The notes below the pieces were generated by a model, which searched no databases, had not been told where the DNA came from, and was given only the letters and a program-made list of their open reading frames with translations. A stretch of 64,000 nucleotides of DNA from a virus. A program made the translations under genes and the position numbers. Location of the stretch: positions 91,058 to 155,057 of IMG/VR virus record IMGVR_UViG_3300032893_000004; one strand, given 5' to 3'. Positions 47,175 to 56,833 of the stretch are shown piece by piece. The stretch's first letter is position 1. Every line of letters begins with the position of its first letter.

Positions 47175-47549
47175 ATGGTCCTCTGGTTCACCAAAGACAA
47201 TCCGATGTATTTAGCGGCCGAATACCGCCTCAGTACCGCCAAGTCGGACCTCGAACGCCTGAAATTTGAACTTAAGAAAAACGAAGAAGATCTGGCCCGC
47301 GCCGAATCAACGGTCGAAAGTATCGACACTACTCTAAGTTATCTGCGCAAATACGCCGAATCGGTCTCGATTCGTGAATATCGAATTATCAGGGACCAGC
47401 GAGTCTACGAATGGGCCACTGTCGTCCATCTTCGCAAGGGAATCCCGATGATCGAAAGAAATATCCGGCTTGTTCAAGCCGAAATACAAGAACTGGAGAT
47501 CAAGATCCCCGACCTACGGTGCAAAGTGCTGGAGTTCAAACGTGATTAA
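47175..47549 (+). CDS. Hypothetical coiled-coil protein
   Basis: ORF in the operon. Confidence 0.6.
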   Translation: MVLWFTKDNPMYLAAEYRLSTAKSDLERLKFELKKNEEDLARAESTVESIDTTLSYLRKYAESVSIREYRIIRDQRVYEWATVVHLRKGIPMIERNIRLVQAEIQELEIKIPDLRCKVLEFKRD

Positions 47550-47763
47550 GAAAGAAGAATCTATCAAAATATCCAGAGATTTCGATTATATACACGCACC
47601 GAAGCATTCCAACTCTCTCCGAGAATTCCTCGCCTACTACCCTGACGGAGCGCCAGATAGCGTCATCTGCAAGGCTCTATGCATCACACAGCAGGAACTT
47701 GAAGATCTGTACAATTCTGCTATAACAAAGCTCAAGCAGGGTATGGTACCGAATGGCCGATAA
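47542..47763 (+). CDS. Stand-alone sigma region 4-like HTH protein
   Basis: SVICKALCITQQELEDLYNSAITKLKQ; GTG 47542 with GGAG SD. Confidence 0.55.
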   Translation: MIKKEESIKISRDFDYIHAPKHSNSLREFLAYYPDGAPDSVICKALCITQQELEDLYNSAITKLKQGMVPNGR

Positions 47764-48400
47764 ACATTGTAACCGTTGCGGAGCGATCCAGATTACTTGG
47801 TGGAAACGGAACGGTAGAGCGTTTATTTGTAATAAATGCTATAAACGTGATTGGTATCTTAAGAATCGTGGACCGCTCAAACGAATTCCAATGACCGCAG
47901 AAGAACGGCGAACAGTTAGAAAAGCAGCAAAACAAAAGTATGCCGATGCGCATAAAACAGAAAGGAAAGCGTACCGAGATGCTCGCAAGGCCGAAAAAAG
48001 CGAATACGACAAACGATACAGAAAAAAGAATAAAATCAAATTGAAACTTCAGTCAAAAAAACGATTTACTGCAAGTTTGCAGGTGAGATTGGCAGTTAAA
48101 CTCAGAGGCAGAGTGAAAGATGCCATGAGAGATATGTTTAACGGTAAGCGAAAGGCCGGCTCTGCCGTCAGAGATCTTGGATGTACATTATCAGAACTGA
48201 TAAATTGGCTCGAATCTAAATTTCAGCCAGGAATGTCTTGGGACAATTGGGGATTGCATGGTTGGCATATCGATCACAAAATTCCATTAGCTAAATTTGA
48301 TCTGACTGACCGAAAGCAATTCGCCAAAGCATGTCATTACACCAATCTGCAACCTCTGTGGGCGAAAGAAAACATGAGTAAGGGGGCTAAAATTGTATAA
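47753..48400 (+). CDS. Free-standing HNH-type homing endonuclease
   Basis: WHIDHKIPL..CHYTNLQPLWAKENMSKG; CxxC pairs; AT-rich. Confidence 0.85.
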   Translation: MADKHCNRCGAIQITWWKRNGRAFICNKCYKRDWYLKNRGPLKRIPMTAEERRTVRKAAKQKYADAHKTERKAYRDARKAEKSEYDKRYRKKNKIKLKLQSKKRFTASLQVRLAVKLRGRVKDAMRDMFNGKRKAGSAVRDLGCTLSELINWLESKFQPGMSWDNWGLHGWHIDHKIPLAKFDLTDRKQFAKACHYTNLQPLWAKENMSKGAKIV

Positions 48401-51400
48401 TAAATTCAGGCAGTTAATCAACTGCCACAGCCATTCAGACCATAGCCTCGATGGCGCGTCCACCGTGAAACAGATCGTCAAGCGAAACGCCGAACTCGGC
48501 GCGACGCATGTGACGCTAACAGAACACGGAAATCTCAACTCCGCCATGGACCTTTACGTGGAAGCACCTAAAGCCGGTTTAAAGCCTATCCTAGGCATCG
48601 AAGCGTACATGGTCAACCCTTTTCACGAGGAGTATGTCAAGGTCTACCGCGACGCCTATAAAAGCGGCATGTGGAAGCCGCGCATCAAGGAAGGGAATAC
48701 CGAGGCCATCGAGCGGGCCATACAATCGAAAGCGATGAACCAGTACCTTCACGTTACGGTTCATTTCAAAGATGAATGGGCCTATCGCTACTTCTGCGGG
48801 CTGTCGAAGGCGATGTACTCTCGCGCAGTCAAGAAGTACGATGAGCTTAAGCCGATGATCACCCTCGAAGAGCTGCAAGGCGCCGCAGGCCATATCACGA
48901 TCGGGTCGTCCTGCATGAAAGGGCCGGTCCAGAACTTTTTGCTGCCGTCCCGCGACGGGCTTATCCAACCGGATCTTCAAAAGGCAAACTGGATGTACGG
49001 CATGCTCAAGTCCATCGCCGGTCCAGACGGATTCTTCATCGAAGTGTTCCCGCACACGGTCACGCACGACTGGCAGAAGCCTGAAAAAGGCGACGACGGG
49101 CGCATAGTGAAGGAAGGGTACTACAAGCCGCACGAATGCACGTGCCACGCGCCCGAAGGCGATCTGCAGAAGCCGCTGAATCAGTACGTGATCGGCCTGG
49201 CCGAATCGAACAGAGACAAGGTCATCATCTCGCTCGATTCTCACTTCGCAACTGAACAGCAAAAAGTCATCCAGGACGCCAAGTTAGGTAACGGCGAAGA
49301 GAACTGGCGCTTCCACAACTCGTATCACATCATGCCTACCGACGAGGCCGCCGCCATTCTGAAGAAGACTCTCGGTGTCGACGATCGCAAGATCGAGGAA
49401 TGGGTCGACAACTCGTACGCTTTCGCTTCCAACTTCGATAACTTCAAGCTGGAGACATCCAAGGAACGGTGGATTCTGGCCGGCGACGCGGAAGGGTTCC
49501 TGGGCCGATTGAAGACCACGATCGACAAGTGGGGTCGCATGGATTGGAACGACGCCAGGATGGTCGAACAGCTCAAGAAGGAAGTCCAGATTCTGGCTTT
49601 CAACGGGAAGCTGAATCTGCTATCGTACGTCGAAACGATCGAAGATATTGCTAATTTTTGTCGTGAAAACGACGTCCTCATGAACGTGCGGGGCTCGGCC
49701 GCCGGTTCGCTGCTTCTGTACTTGATCGGCGTGTCGGGCGTGAATCCCCTCAAGCACAATCTGTCGTTCGGTCGTTTCCTGACGGCCGGTCGAATCAAAG
49801 CGAACAACCTGCCAGACGTTGACATGGACGTGTCCGACCAAGAGACGGTCATCGAGTATCTTAAGCAGAAGTACGGCGACAAAGCGTGTCGACTATCGAT
49901 CGATATGCTCCTTCGGCTCAAGTCATCGATCAAAGACGCCGAGCGGTCGGTTTTCGGCGCCGTCCGACCTGCGACGGAGCGCTTGTGTACGAAGCTTCCC
50001 TCCACTCCTCAAGGAACAGACGACGAAGCCTTCGTGTTCGGATCCGACAAGGATGGCGTCCATACGCCCGGACTGTACGACACCAACATGTTCTTGAAGC
50101 AGTACGCCGACGAGAACCCAGAACTCTGGAACATCATCTCAGAGATGCTAGGTATCGTCCGAAACAAGTCCTCGCATCCGTGCGGCTTCGTGATCGCAGA
50201 CAAGCCGATCACCGAATATGTCCCGATCATCAAGGTGAACGACGAGTTTACAACCGCGTTCTCTCCCAAGCCAGCTGAAGCTGCCGGATTGGTCAAATTC
50301 GATCTTCTTGGTCTGAACACCTTGCGGGACATCAGGTTGGCGGTGAAATCGATCAAGGAGAGGACCGGCGTCCAGCTCGATCCTTTCCATCTACCGTTCG
50401 ATCCTAAGTGCGCGGAGCAGTTCGCTCTCGGTAACACGATAGGAGTTTTTCAGTTCGATACTCCGACTGTCAGGCCTTATCAGACGAAGATCGTCAAGCC
50501 GGATAAGATCAAGAATCTCGTTGATTTGATCGAAATTAACGCCGCGATCACCTCACTCTGCCGACCTGGTACCCTCGACGCTCCGTCGGGTGACGGCCGC
50601 ACGCTCGCCGACGTCTTCCTCGCCTGCGCGAACGGGGAACCTGTCCGCTACCTGCACCCGGATCTCGAACCGATTCTGAAAGACACGTACGGGATTCAAC
50701 TTTACCAAGAGCAGACAATGCGCATCTTCACCGAGATCGGCGGAATGGACGATGCCGAAGCGGATGAGGTCAGACGGGGTATCGGCAAGAAGAACAAGAA
50801 GGTGTTGGAAGATGCGACGAACAAGCTGAAAGGCCGAGCACTGCAGCGAGGATGGAGCGAGGAGCAGGTCAAGTTGCTCATGGACCAGATCAACGCGTCG
50901 TCCAACTATTCTTTCAACAAGTCTCACGGCGTGAGCTATTCGTACGTCGCGTACGCCTGCATGTACCTCAAAACGAATTACAAGCTCGACTGGTGGAAAG
51001 CGATCCTGTCGAATTCTACAAAAGACGAGTTAGCAACTAAGTTCTGGAAACATGTTCAGGAATTTACCGCTCTGCCGGACATCAACATGTCTAAGGAATC
51101 GTACGAGATCGTCGGCGACCGGATCGTAGCACCGTTTTCTATTCTATCTGGCGTCGGCGAAAAAGCATACGCCGATCTGATGCGGTGCAAACCGTACTCG
51201 TCCCTCGAACACTTCGTACGCAGCCACTTTCCGACCAAAGAGGAAGAGCAGGCAAAGAAGGTCGCAGCCAAGAACAAGAAGGCGGCTAAGGATGCTGGAG
51301 AAGTTGTCGAAAAGACCGCCGGATCACGTAAGTCGGCCGTCAACGCCGGTATCGCTCGCAAGCTGATCGCAGCTGGTGTCCTCGACTCGCTGTTCGAACC

Positions 51401-52067
51401 GGATATGATAATCGAGCAGAAACTCATGCAATTCGAAGCTGTTCGCGGTGCCGTTCGCGGCAAGAAGCCAGAGGCCGTTCCGGAAGAATTCGCATCCATC
51501 TCCGCGCTGGGCAAGTATCTCCTTCGAAAAGAGCTGGTACAGATTCATTCCGAGGACCTCCGTCCGGTCATGCTCAAGAATCGCGGCGGCCGTCAAGCTC
51601 CAATCGTAGCCGATCACGAGGTGAACGGATGGTTCACGCAGGACGGATTCCCCGTGCTAGACGGTAACATGCTAGAATTGTTCAAGACAAAGTTCGCTGC
51701 AGGTATGCCTGCCGAGCGATTAGGGCAATACTTCGATCGGTTGTTGCCGTACGGCAACGACAACACGTATCACCCGGCCAGGATCTCACCGAACGAGCGC
51801 AGGTTCTACGTGCTCGCGTACGTGATCTCTGAGAAGTCGTTCCCGTACAAGAACAAGACCAAGTACGCCAACAAGATGGTCCTCGACGTGAACGGTTTCT
51901 TCACCGAAGAGATGCTGTGGCCGCCCAAGGACGCCGACTCGGCCGAAATCGGATACAAACGTCTGCCGGTACTCGCGTCGTTCTACATTTCTCCTCGCGG
52001 GGTGAGTCTCGGATCAATCAATCCTCTGCTTGCAGAATCGGACCTTGAGAAATATAACATGGCATAG
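48393..52067 (+). CDS. dnaE: DNA polymerase III alpha subunit (family C)
   Basis: PHP HSHSDHS.LDG, RGSAAGS, PDVDMD, KFDLLGL, YQEQ, YSFNKSH. Confidence 0.96.
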   Translation: MYNKFRQLINCHSHSDHSLDGASTVKQIVKRNAELGATHVTLTEHGNLNSAMDLYVEAPKAGLKPILGIEAYMVNPFHEEYVKVYRDAYKSGMWKPRIKEGNTEAIERAIQSKAMNQYLHVTVHFKDEWAYRYFCGLSKAMYSRAVKKYDELKPMITLEELQGAAGHITIGSSCMKGPVQNFLLPSRDGLIQPDLQKANWMYGMLKSIAGPDGFFIEVFPHTVTHDWQKPEKGDDGRIVKEGYYKPHECTCHAPEGDLQKPLNQYVIGLAESNRDKVIISLDSHFATEQQKVIQDAKLGNGEENWRFHNSYHIMPTDEAAAILKKTLGVDDRKIEEWVDNSYAFASNFDNFKLETSKERWILAGDAEGFLGRLKTTIDKWGRMDWNDARMVEQLKKEVQILAFNGKLNLLSYVETIEDIANFCRENDVLMNVRGSAAGSLLLYLIGVSGVNPLKHNLSFGRFLTAGRIKANNLPDVDMDVSDQETVIEYLKQKYGDKACRLSIDMLLRLKSSIKDAERSVFGAVRPATERLCTKLPSTPQGTDDEAFVFGSDKDGVHTPGLYDTNMFLKQYADENPELWNIISEMLGIVRNKSSHPCGFVIADKPITEYVPIIKVNDEFTTAFSPKPAEAAGLVKFDLLGLNTLRDIRLAVKSIKERTGVQLDPFHLPFDPKCAEQFALGNTIGVFQFDTPTVRPYQTKIVKPDKIKNLVDLIEINAAITSLCRPGTLDAPSGDGRTLADVFLACANGEPVRYLHPDLEPILKDTYGIQLYQEQTMRIFTEIGGMDDAEADEVRRGIGKKNKKVLEDATNKLKGRALQRGWSEEQVKLLMDQINASSNYSFNKSHGVSYSYVAYACMYLKTNYKLDWWKAILSNSTKDELATKFWKHVQEFTALPDINMSKESYEIVGDRIVAPFSILSGVGEKAYADLMRCKPYSSLEHFVRSHFPTKEEEQAKKVAAKNKKAAKDAGEVVEKTAGSRKSAVNAGIARKLIAAGVLDSLFEPDMIIEQKLMQFEAVRGAVRGKKPEAVPEEFASISALGKYLLRKELVQIHSEDLRPVMLKNRGGRQAPIVADHEVNGWFTQDGFPVLDGNMLELFKTKFAAGMPAERLGQYFDRLLPYGNDNTYHPARISPNERRFYVLAYVISEKSFPYKNKTKYANKMVLDVNGFFTEEMLWPPKDADSAEIGYKRLPVLASFYISPRGVSLGSINPLLAESDLEKYNMA

Positions 52068-52070
52068 TTA

Positions 52071-52079
52071 TGGTATAAT
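52071..52079 (+). promoter_or_regulatory. Extended -10 promoter TGGTATAAT
   Basis: TATAAT-N6-GGAGG-N4-ATG. Confidence 0.7.
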
Positions 52080-52094
52080 GATAACGGAGGTACC

Positions 52095-52841
52095 ATGAAC
52101 GAATTAAAAGACGCTCTGAACGCAATCGCCGATAAGGAAGCTGAATCCAAAGTGAACCCAGGTGACGCCGATCCCCGCACCCGCAACGGTGTTGAGGCTA
52201 TGGTTCGCAACGCCAAGAAAGATCTCGACAAACTCTACAGGAATTACAAGGCGTTGGTTATGAACCACGTCGTCATCATCGGTGTGAAAGGCGAAACTGC
52301 CGAGGAATTTGCTCTGGCAGCTGAAAAACTAGGATCGATCTCGGTGGACTTCAACTTGGTAAAGAATCGATTAGTCGGCTTTCTCAAGAAAGCTGGAGTT
52401 GGGCAGACTTACAGTTCCACCGCTAACTTTCGTCTGATGGCGGAACTTCACAAGATCAAGACTGAGTACGAGATGAAAGAACTTCCGACTCCGAAGATTA
52501 ACGGATACTCGGACGGCATCTACGATTCTCCGTTCGACGTGGCAGTTTCCAAGCTGATCGATAACAACTACGGGTCTAGCCTACAATCGGCCATCACCCG
52601 CCGAGAGATCGAGAGGAAAGCCCTTGAATCCCGGTTCGGCGGCAGCAAATTGCCAGTCGTAGTTTACAACCTTGACAAAGAGATCGATTCGCAATATCTT
52701 AGCCAAGCGACGACGGTTATCGAGTCAAATAGCAAGATCACCGGCGATACGGTAAAGAAGAAACTTTCGGCTATCCGAGCATCGCTGACGTCGAAAGTTA
52801 AACCAGAGGCCGAGCTGCCTCAGACACAGGAGAATCAATGA
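52095..52841 (+). CDS. Hypothetical protein
   Basis: Promoter plus SD. Confidence 0.7.
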   Translation: MNELKDALNAIADKEAESKVNPGDADPRTRNGVEAMVRNAKKDLDKLYRNYKALVMNHVVIIGVKGETAEEFALAAEKLGSISVDFNLVKNRLVGFLKKAGVGQTYSSTANFRLMAELHKIKTEYEMKELPTPKINGYSDGIYDSPFDVAVSKLIDNNYGSSLQSAITRREIERKALESRFGGSKLPVVVYNLDKEIDSQYLSQATTVIESNSKITGDTVKKKLSAIRASLTSKVKPEAELPQTQENQ

Positions 52842-54169
52842 GCACGGAACAAGTAGCGATCGGGCGATCAGCTTTCGGACGACAAGGTCGGGCAGGCTTC
52901 TTCGACATCGAGGCTAACAAGGAGAATATCTATCGCGTGCTGCCGCCGATCAAGAGTCTTGCTCAGAAGAGTAAGTACGCCCAGTTCTACGCAACGCATC
53001 GCGGTTTCCGAGGGACCGACGGTAAACAGCGTCCATTCCGCTGCATCGAAGAGATGAACTTCAAGACCAAGGTTATCACTACTCACTGCCCTGTATGCGA
53101 CAAGGTAGCTGAGATGGAAGCACAGCTCAAAGCGTGGGCAGACTCGGGCGCTCCTAAGGATCAGGTCAAGAAGTTCCGCGACGAAAACATCTTCCCGTTC
53201 CAGGCGGAGCGCAAGTATTACCTGAACGTTGTGAATCCGGAAAACCGCATCGGTATCTTGCCGATCGGCTCGAAGATGTTCAAAGCTCTGGATGATCTCT
53301 GCAAGAAGCAAGAAGCGCTTGGCCGTGATATCACCGGACTCGAAGGTGTGTATCTCACTTTCCAGAAGAAATCGGCGTACAAAGGTGATGCTCAAGCTAT
53401 CTTCAACGTGGAAATATACATGCACCGCCAGCAGGACGGTTCGTATCGCGAGGTTGTTCACCACATCGACGCCGCGTTCGCTCAGCGCCTCGGACCGGAA
53501 GCGGCAGATCTCGGAATGCTGTTCAATCGCATCTTGAATGCCGAACAGATCGCCCAGATCGTAGCTCTGGACGGTGCTGCACGTGCGTCTTACATCGATC
53601 AGTTATTCGCGAGCGACGATAAGCCGCAAGCGCAGACGTACACTCCGCCTCAAGGCTACGTTCCGCCGATGGGCGCTGCTAGCGCACCAGCTCCAACGCA
53701 GGTACCTCCGCCAGTGGCTTTTGCGGCTCCTCCGACGACCTTTGCAGCACCGCCAATTGCGACGCCGGCTGTCCCGCCAGCCTTTCAACCTCCAGCAGGA
53801 TTTGGGGCTCCGGCAGCTCCTCCGGTTCAAGCAGCGTCTCCGACACCTCCTACGCTGCCTCCGGCGGGCTTCACGCCGCCAGTTGGTTTTGGGACTGAAC
53901 CAAGCGCTCAGGCTCCCGCATCGCAGGCTCCCGCATCGCAGGCTCCCGCATCGCAGGCTCCCGCATCGCAGGCTCCCGCATCGCAGGCTCCCGCATCGCA
54001 GGCGTCTGCGCCTCCTCCGCCACCGGCATTTGGCGGCAACGTGACCATGTCCTCTCCAGCACCGCTTGCGCCCCCAGCCGGGTTCGGCGCGCCGCCTTCG
54101 GCCTCAGCCAGTCCAATCGCGGATGATCAAGACTTCATCAATATGGTGCGTCCTAAGAAAGAAGGATAA
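52838..54169 (+). CDS. gp32-like single-stranded DNA-binding protein with long Pro/Ala tail
   Basis: YRVLPP, H..C..CPVC, KYYLNVV; adjacent to the recombinase genes. Confidence 0.75.
   Translation: MSTEQVAIGRSAFGRQGRAGFFDIEANKENIYRVLPPIKSLAQKSKYAQFYATHRGFRGTDGKQRPFRCIEEMNFKTKVITTHCPVCDKVAEMEAQLKAWADSGAPKDQVKKFRDENIFPFQAERKYYLNVVNPENRIGILPIGSKMFKALDDLCKKQEALGRDITGLEGVYLTFQKKSAYKGDAQAIFNVEIYMHRQQDGSYREVVHHIDAAFAQRLGPEAADLGMLFNRILNAEQIAQIVALDGAARASYIDQLFASDDKPQAQTYTPPQGYVPPMGAASAPAPTQVPPPVAFAAPPTTFAAPPIATPAVPPAFQPPAGFGAPAAPPVQAASPTPPTLPPAGFTPPVGFGTEPSAQAPASQAPASQAPASQAPASQAPASQAPASQASAPPPPPAFGGNVTMSSPAPLAPPAGFGAPPSASASPIADDQDFINMVRPKKEG
53909..54003 (+). repeat. Perfect 15-bp tandem repeat CAGGCTCCCGCATCG x6 (QAPAS)
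   Basis: Read directly. Confidence 0.95.
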
Positions 54170-54172
54170 GTA

Positions 54173-54739
54173 ATGAGCGTGCCAACTTCGCCGCGCATGC
54201 TCAGGGTACCCAGAGGGTACTTTGATCAGCCGGAAATTGAACTGGACATGACTCGAATCGACGAGGCGAATAGACGAATGCAAGAGGCTCGCTTCGTCAA
54301 TCCGTCTACTCAAAAGGAGTTAGAAGGCCTGTTCAACGAAGCGGCGAACGACGCTGGCAAATATATGGCCTGGGTCGACTACGAGATACTGAAGATTAAG
54401 AAGATCTACGATAAAGCTCGCGCTCGCGTGACGCTCGGCAAGGCTGTGGAAGAAGCTAAGCGATTCAAGGCCGACGGCATAAAGATGAACGAAGATATCC
54501 GGAATGCCCTGTATGCCATGGATCCGGACTGCGAAAGGGCGTTAGACATACAGAACGACCTCACAGCCGCTAAATCCGTGTTAGAAACAGCGTTTTGGTC
54601 GTTCGTGCGAGCGCACAAGTCGGTCGCCGAATCTGCTCAGAATCGCGGATCAGCGCCCACGCCAAATTTGATAGGTACGATCGGTCGAACCTACGAAACG
54701 CCGCAGGCTAATTTCATGGGGAAAGATGAGAGGAAATAA
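54173..54739 (+). CDS. Putative UvsY-like recombination mediator
   Basis: Helical protein between SSB and RecA; called mainly on position. Confidence 0.4.
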   Translation: MSVPTSPRMLRVPRGYFDQPEIELDMTRIDEANRRMQEARFVNPSTQKELEGLFNEAANDAGKYMAWVDYEILKIKKIYDKARARVTLGKAVEEAKRFKADGIKMNEDIRNALYAMDPDCERALDIQNDLTAAKSVLETAFWSFVRAHKSVAESAQNRGSAPTPNLIGTIGRTYETPQANFMGKDERK

Positions 54740-55833
54740 TGAGCAAATTGTTGAACAAGCTTAAAAATTTAGAGGGAGCAGTTGACACCGAGGCTGGCGA
54801 TGAATCGCTGATGAATTGTCTCGCAACACCTAGTCCTTCTGTAAACTGGGCGTTTGCTCAGCCTGGGTTCGGTCTTCCTTACGGTTGCGGATTGGTTCTG
54901 TATGGTCCTCCAAAAGGCGGAAAGTCCGTGTTTCTCAACGGGATTATCGGCCAAATGCACAAAGACAATCCTGACTACGTGGCCATAAAGTTTGACACCG
55001 AATTGCGGAGTCGGTTCACGGCCACGCCGACGACTCTCAGGAAGTTTGGCATCAATCCAGACAAGTTCATCCCGTACGACGTGAACGAGCCGAAGCTAAT
55101 CTTCGACCGCATCGAGCATGACATCGCGGCAGTCTGCCAAGAGGGCGAGCAGATCAAGTTAATCATCATCGATTCGATGTCCGGCGTCGCAGGCCGTCGC
55201 GCTCTGAATGCTGATTCGATCGAAACTCAGCAGATCGGCGACCAAGCGGCTACCATCAAGGACGGTCTGATGCGCATCATGCCGACTATCCGCAAGTACA
55301 ACATCGCGTTTATCTGCACCGCCCACATTCGGGCCGAGATGGACCAAGCCGAACAGATGCGCGGCAAGAAAGTGAAGATGCAGGCGGCGTGGGCCGCTAA
55401 ACACACGTTCGAATACTTCTGCTACATCGAACCGAATCGGTCGAAAACCGGCAAGGTTACTCTGGCGGGCCAGGAATTTACCGATCCCGCCATCGTCGAC
55501 TTCATGGACAAAGGACAGAAGACTGGCCACAAAGTTCGCTTGAAAGTAGAAGACAGTTCTTTCCCATACGGTGGCCGAACCGCCGAGTTCACGCTTGATT
55601 TCGATCGCGGTATCATCAATCAGTACGAGGAAATCTTCACTCTGGCGTCCAACTACGGTCTCATACAGCGCCCCAACAACACCATGTACAAGATCGGCGA
55701 AGAAAGCTATCGTGGTGTGGTAGCTTGCCTGGAAGCTATCCGCGACAATCAAGAACTGGCGGACAAGCTCCTTCGGGACGTAAAGATGATAGATTTCAAG
55801 CGCATCAAGGGTATCAAAGACACAGCGGAGTGA
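54739..55833 (+). CDS. RecA/UvsX-like recombinase
   Basis: YGPPKGGKS, FDTE, IIIDSM. Confidence 0.9.
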   Translation: MSKLLNKLKNLEGAVDTEAGDESLMNCLATPSPSVNWAFAQPGFGLPYGCGLVLYGPPKGGKSVFLNGIIGQMHKDNPDYVAIKFDTELRSRFTATPTTLRKFGINPDKFIPYDVNEPKLIFDRIEHDIAAVCQEGEQIKLIIIDSMSGVAGRRALNADSIETQQIGDQAATIKDGLMRIMPTIRKYNIAFICTAHIRAEMDQAEQMRGKKVKMQAAWAAKHTFEYFCYIEPNRSKTGKVTLAGQEFTDPAIVDFMDKGQKTGHKVRLKVEDSSFPYGGRTAEFTLDFDRGIINQYEEIFTLASNYGLIQRPNNTMYKIGEESYRGVVACLEAIRDNQELADKLLRDVKMIDFKRIKGIKDTAE

Positions 55834-55834
55834 C

Positions 55835-56833
55835 ATGAGCCTTCGGGACAGGATGGTCGAAATTTTGTCCGAATCTGGCGTTGGATTCGTCGAGAAGCGC
55901 AACACGCTCCGTACAGCGTGCCCCATCTGCAAGCGTGAGGACAAATTCTCGATCCTGAAAGAAAACGGCGCGTCCAGATGCTACCGAGCTTCGTGCGACT
56001 TCGGCAAGCGTTGGTTCGCAGACTGGATGGTACTCACCCTCGGTATTACGATAAAAGAAGCCCGAGCGATGCTGCGGGCCGAAGGTGATGACCGCTACCA
56101 TGCCACCGCCGAAGAGAAGCTTACCAAGTTCAGCTCTGGCTTCGAAGAGCGCGAAGATCTCACAAACGATATCGAAGCAATATCGTGGCCCGAGTTTCAC
56201 ATGACGGACATTTCCTCTCCAGATTCAGCCGAAGGGATGGTCTATCTCGCTCGGCGCGGCGTGACACCTGAGATGGCGTCCAAGTACGAAGTTTACTACT
56301 CTAAGTTCTACCGGCGGGTCTACTTCCCGATAACGATGGGAGGCTATTGCTACGGCTACCAAGGTCGAGCGATCGATCCTGTGGAAGAGGGGCTTCGGAT
56401 GCGTAACAACGACGGCTTCAGACGAGACGTATTGGTCATGTTCGCGGACAACCTCGAAGGCTCCGACTTTGCGATCATGGCCGAAGGTCCGTTCGACGCT
56501 CTCAAGTTCGACGCAGTCGGATCGAACGTTTGCACGATGGGGAAAGCTGTCACTGACAAACAACTTGACATAATCAAGAGCTATGGTATACGGAGACTGT
56601 ACCTGGCGCTGGACGATGACGCTGCAGTCGAGATGAACGAGATCGCAGCGATGCAGACGTTCGAATCTTATTACAAGATCGACGTCCCGGCATCATGCGT
56701 CGCCAGATGCGCCGCCATGAGTAAGAAGGCTGATTTCGGCGAATGCACTCTGGAAGAAGCCAAACTGGCGTTCGAAAATGCAAAACCGTTAGGGTCAACG
56801 ATCTTGTTCCGCCCCAACAATAGGTTCAGATGA
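55835..56833 (+). CDS. DNA primase (zinc finger plus TOPRIM)
   Basis: CPIC, GYQGR, AEGPFDA, LALDDDA. Confidence 0.9.
   Translation: MSLRDRMVEILSESGVGFVEKRNTLRTACPICKREDKFSILKENGASRCYRASCDFGKRWFADWMVLTLGITIKEARAMLRAEGDDRYHATAEEKLTKFSSGFEEREDLTNDIEAISWPEFHMTDISSPDSAEGMVYLARRGVTPEMASKYEVYYSKFYRRVYFPITMGGYCYGYQGRAIDPVEEGLRMRNNDGFRRDVLVMFADNLEGSDFAIMAEGPFDALKFDAVGSNVCTMGKAVTDKQLDIIKSYGIRRLYLALDDDAAVEMNEIAAMQTFESYYKIDVPASCVARCAAMSKKADFGECTLEEAKLAFENAKPLGSTILFRPNNRFR

Noticed and set aside
47753-48400. HNH (and the GIY-YIG at 23589..24338) as intron-encoded
   Set aside because: Both abut or overlap intact flanking genes, leaving no room for an intron core
48396-48401. TATAAT at the HNH/dnaE junction as a promoter
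   Set aside because: It lies inside the first dnaE codons, with no later start before the PHP motif
51230-51335. Lys/Ala-rich insertion in DnaE as an intein
   Set aside because: Too short and lacks the C/S...HN splice motifs; probably a loop
53909-54003. Repeat array as CRISPR
   Set aside because: Head-to-tail 15-mers without spacers, in frame within a CDS, and no cas genes
55095-55103. GCTAATCTT resembling the late motif
   Set aside because: Imperfect match in the middle of the recombinase gene with no start downstream
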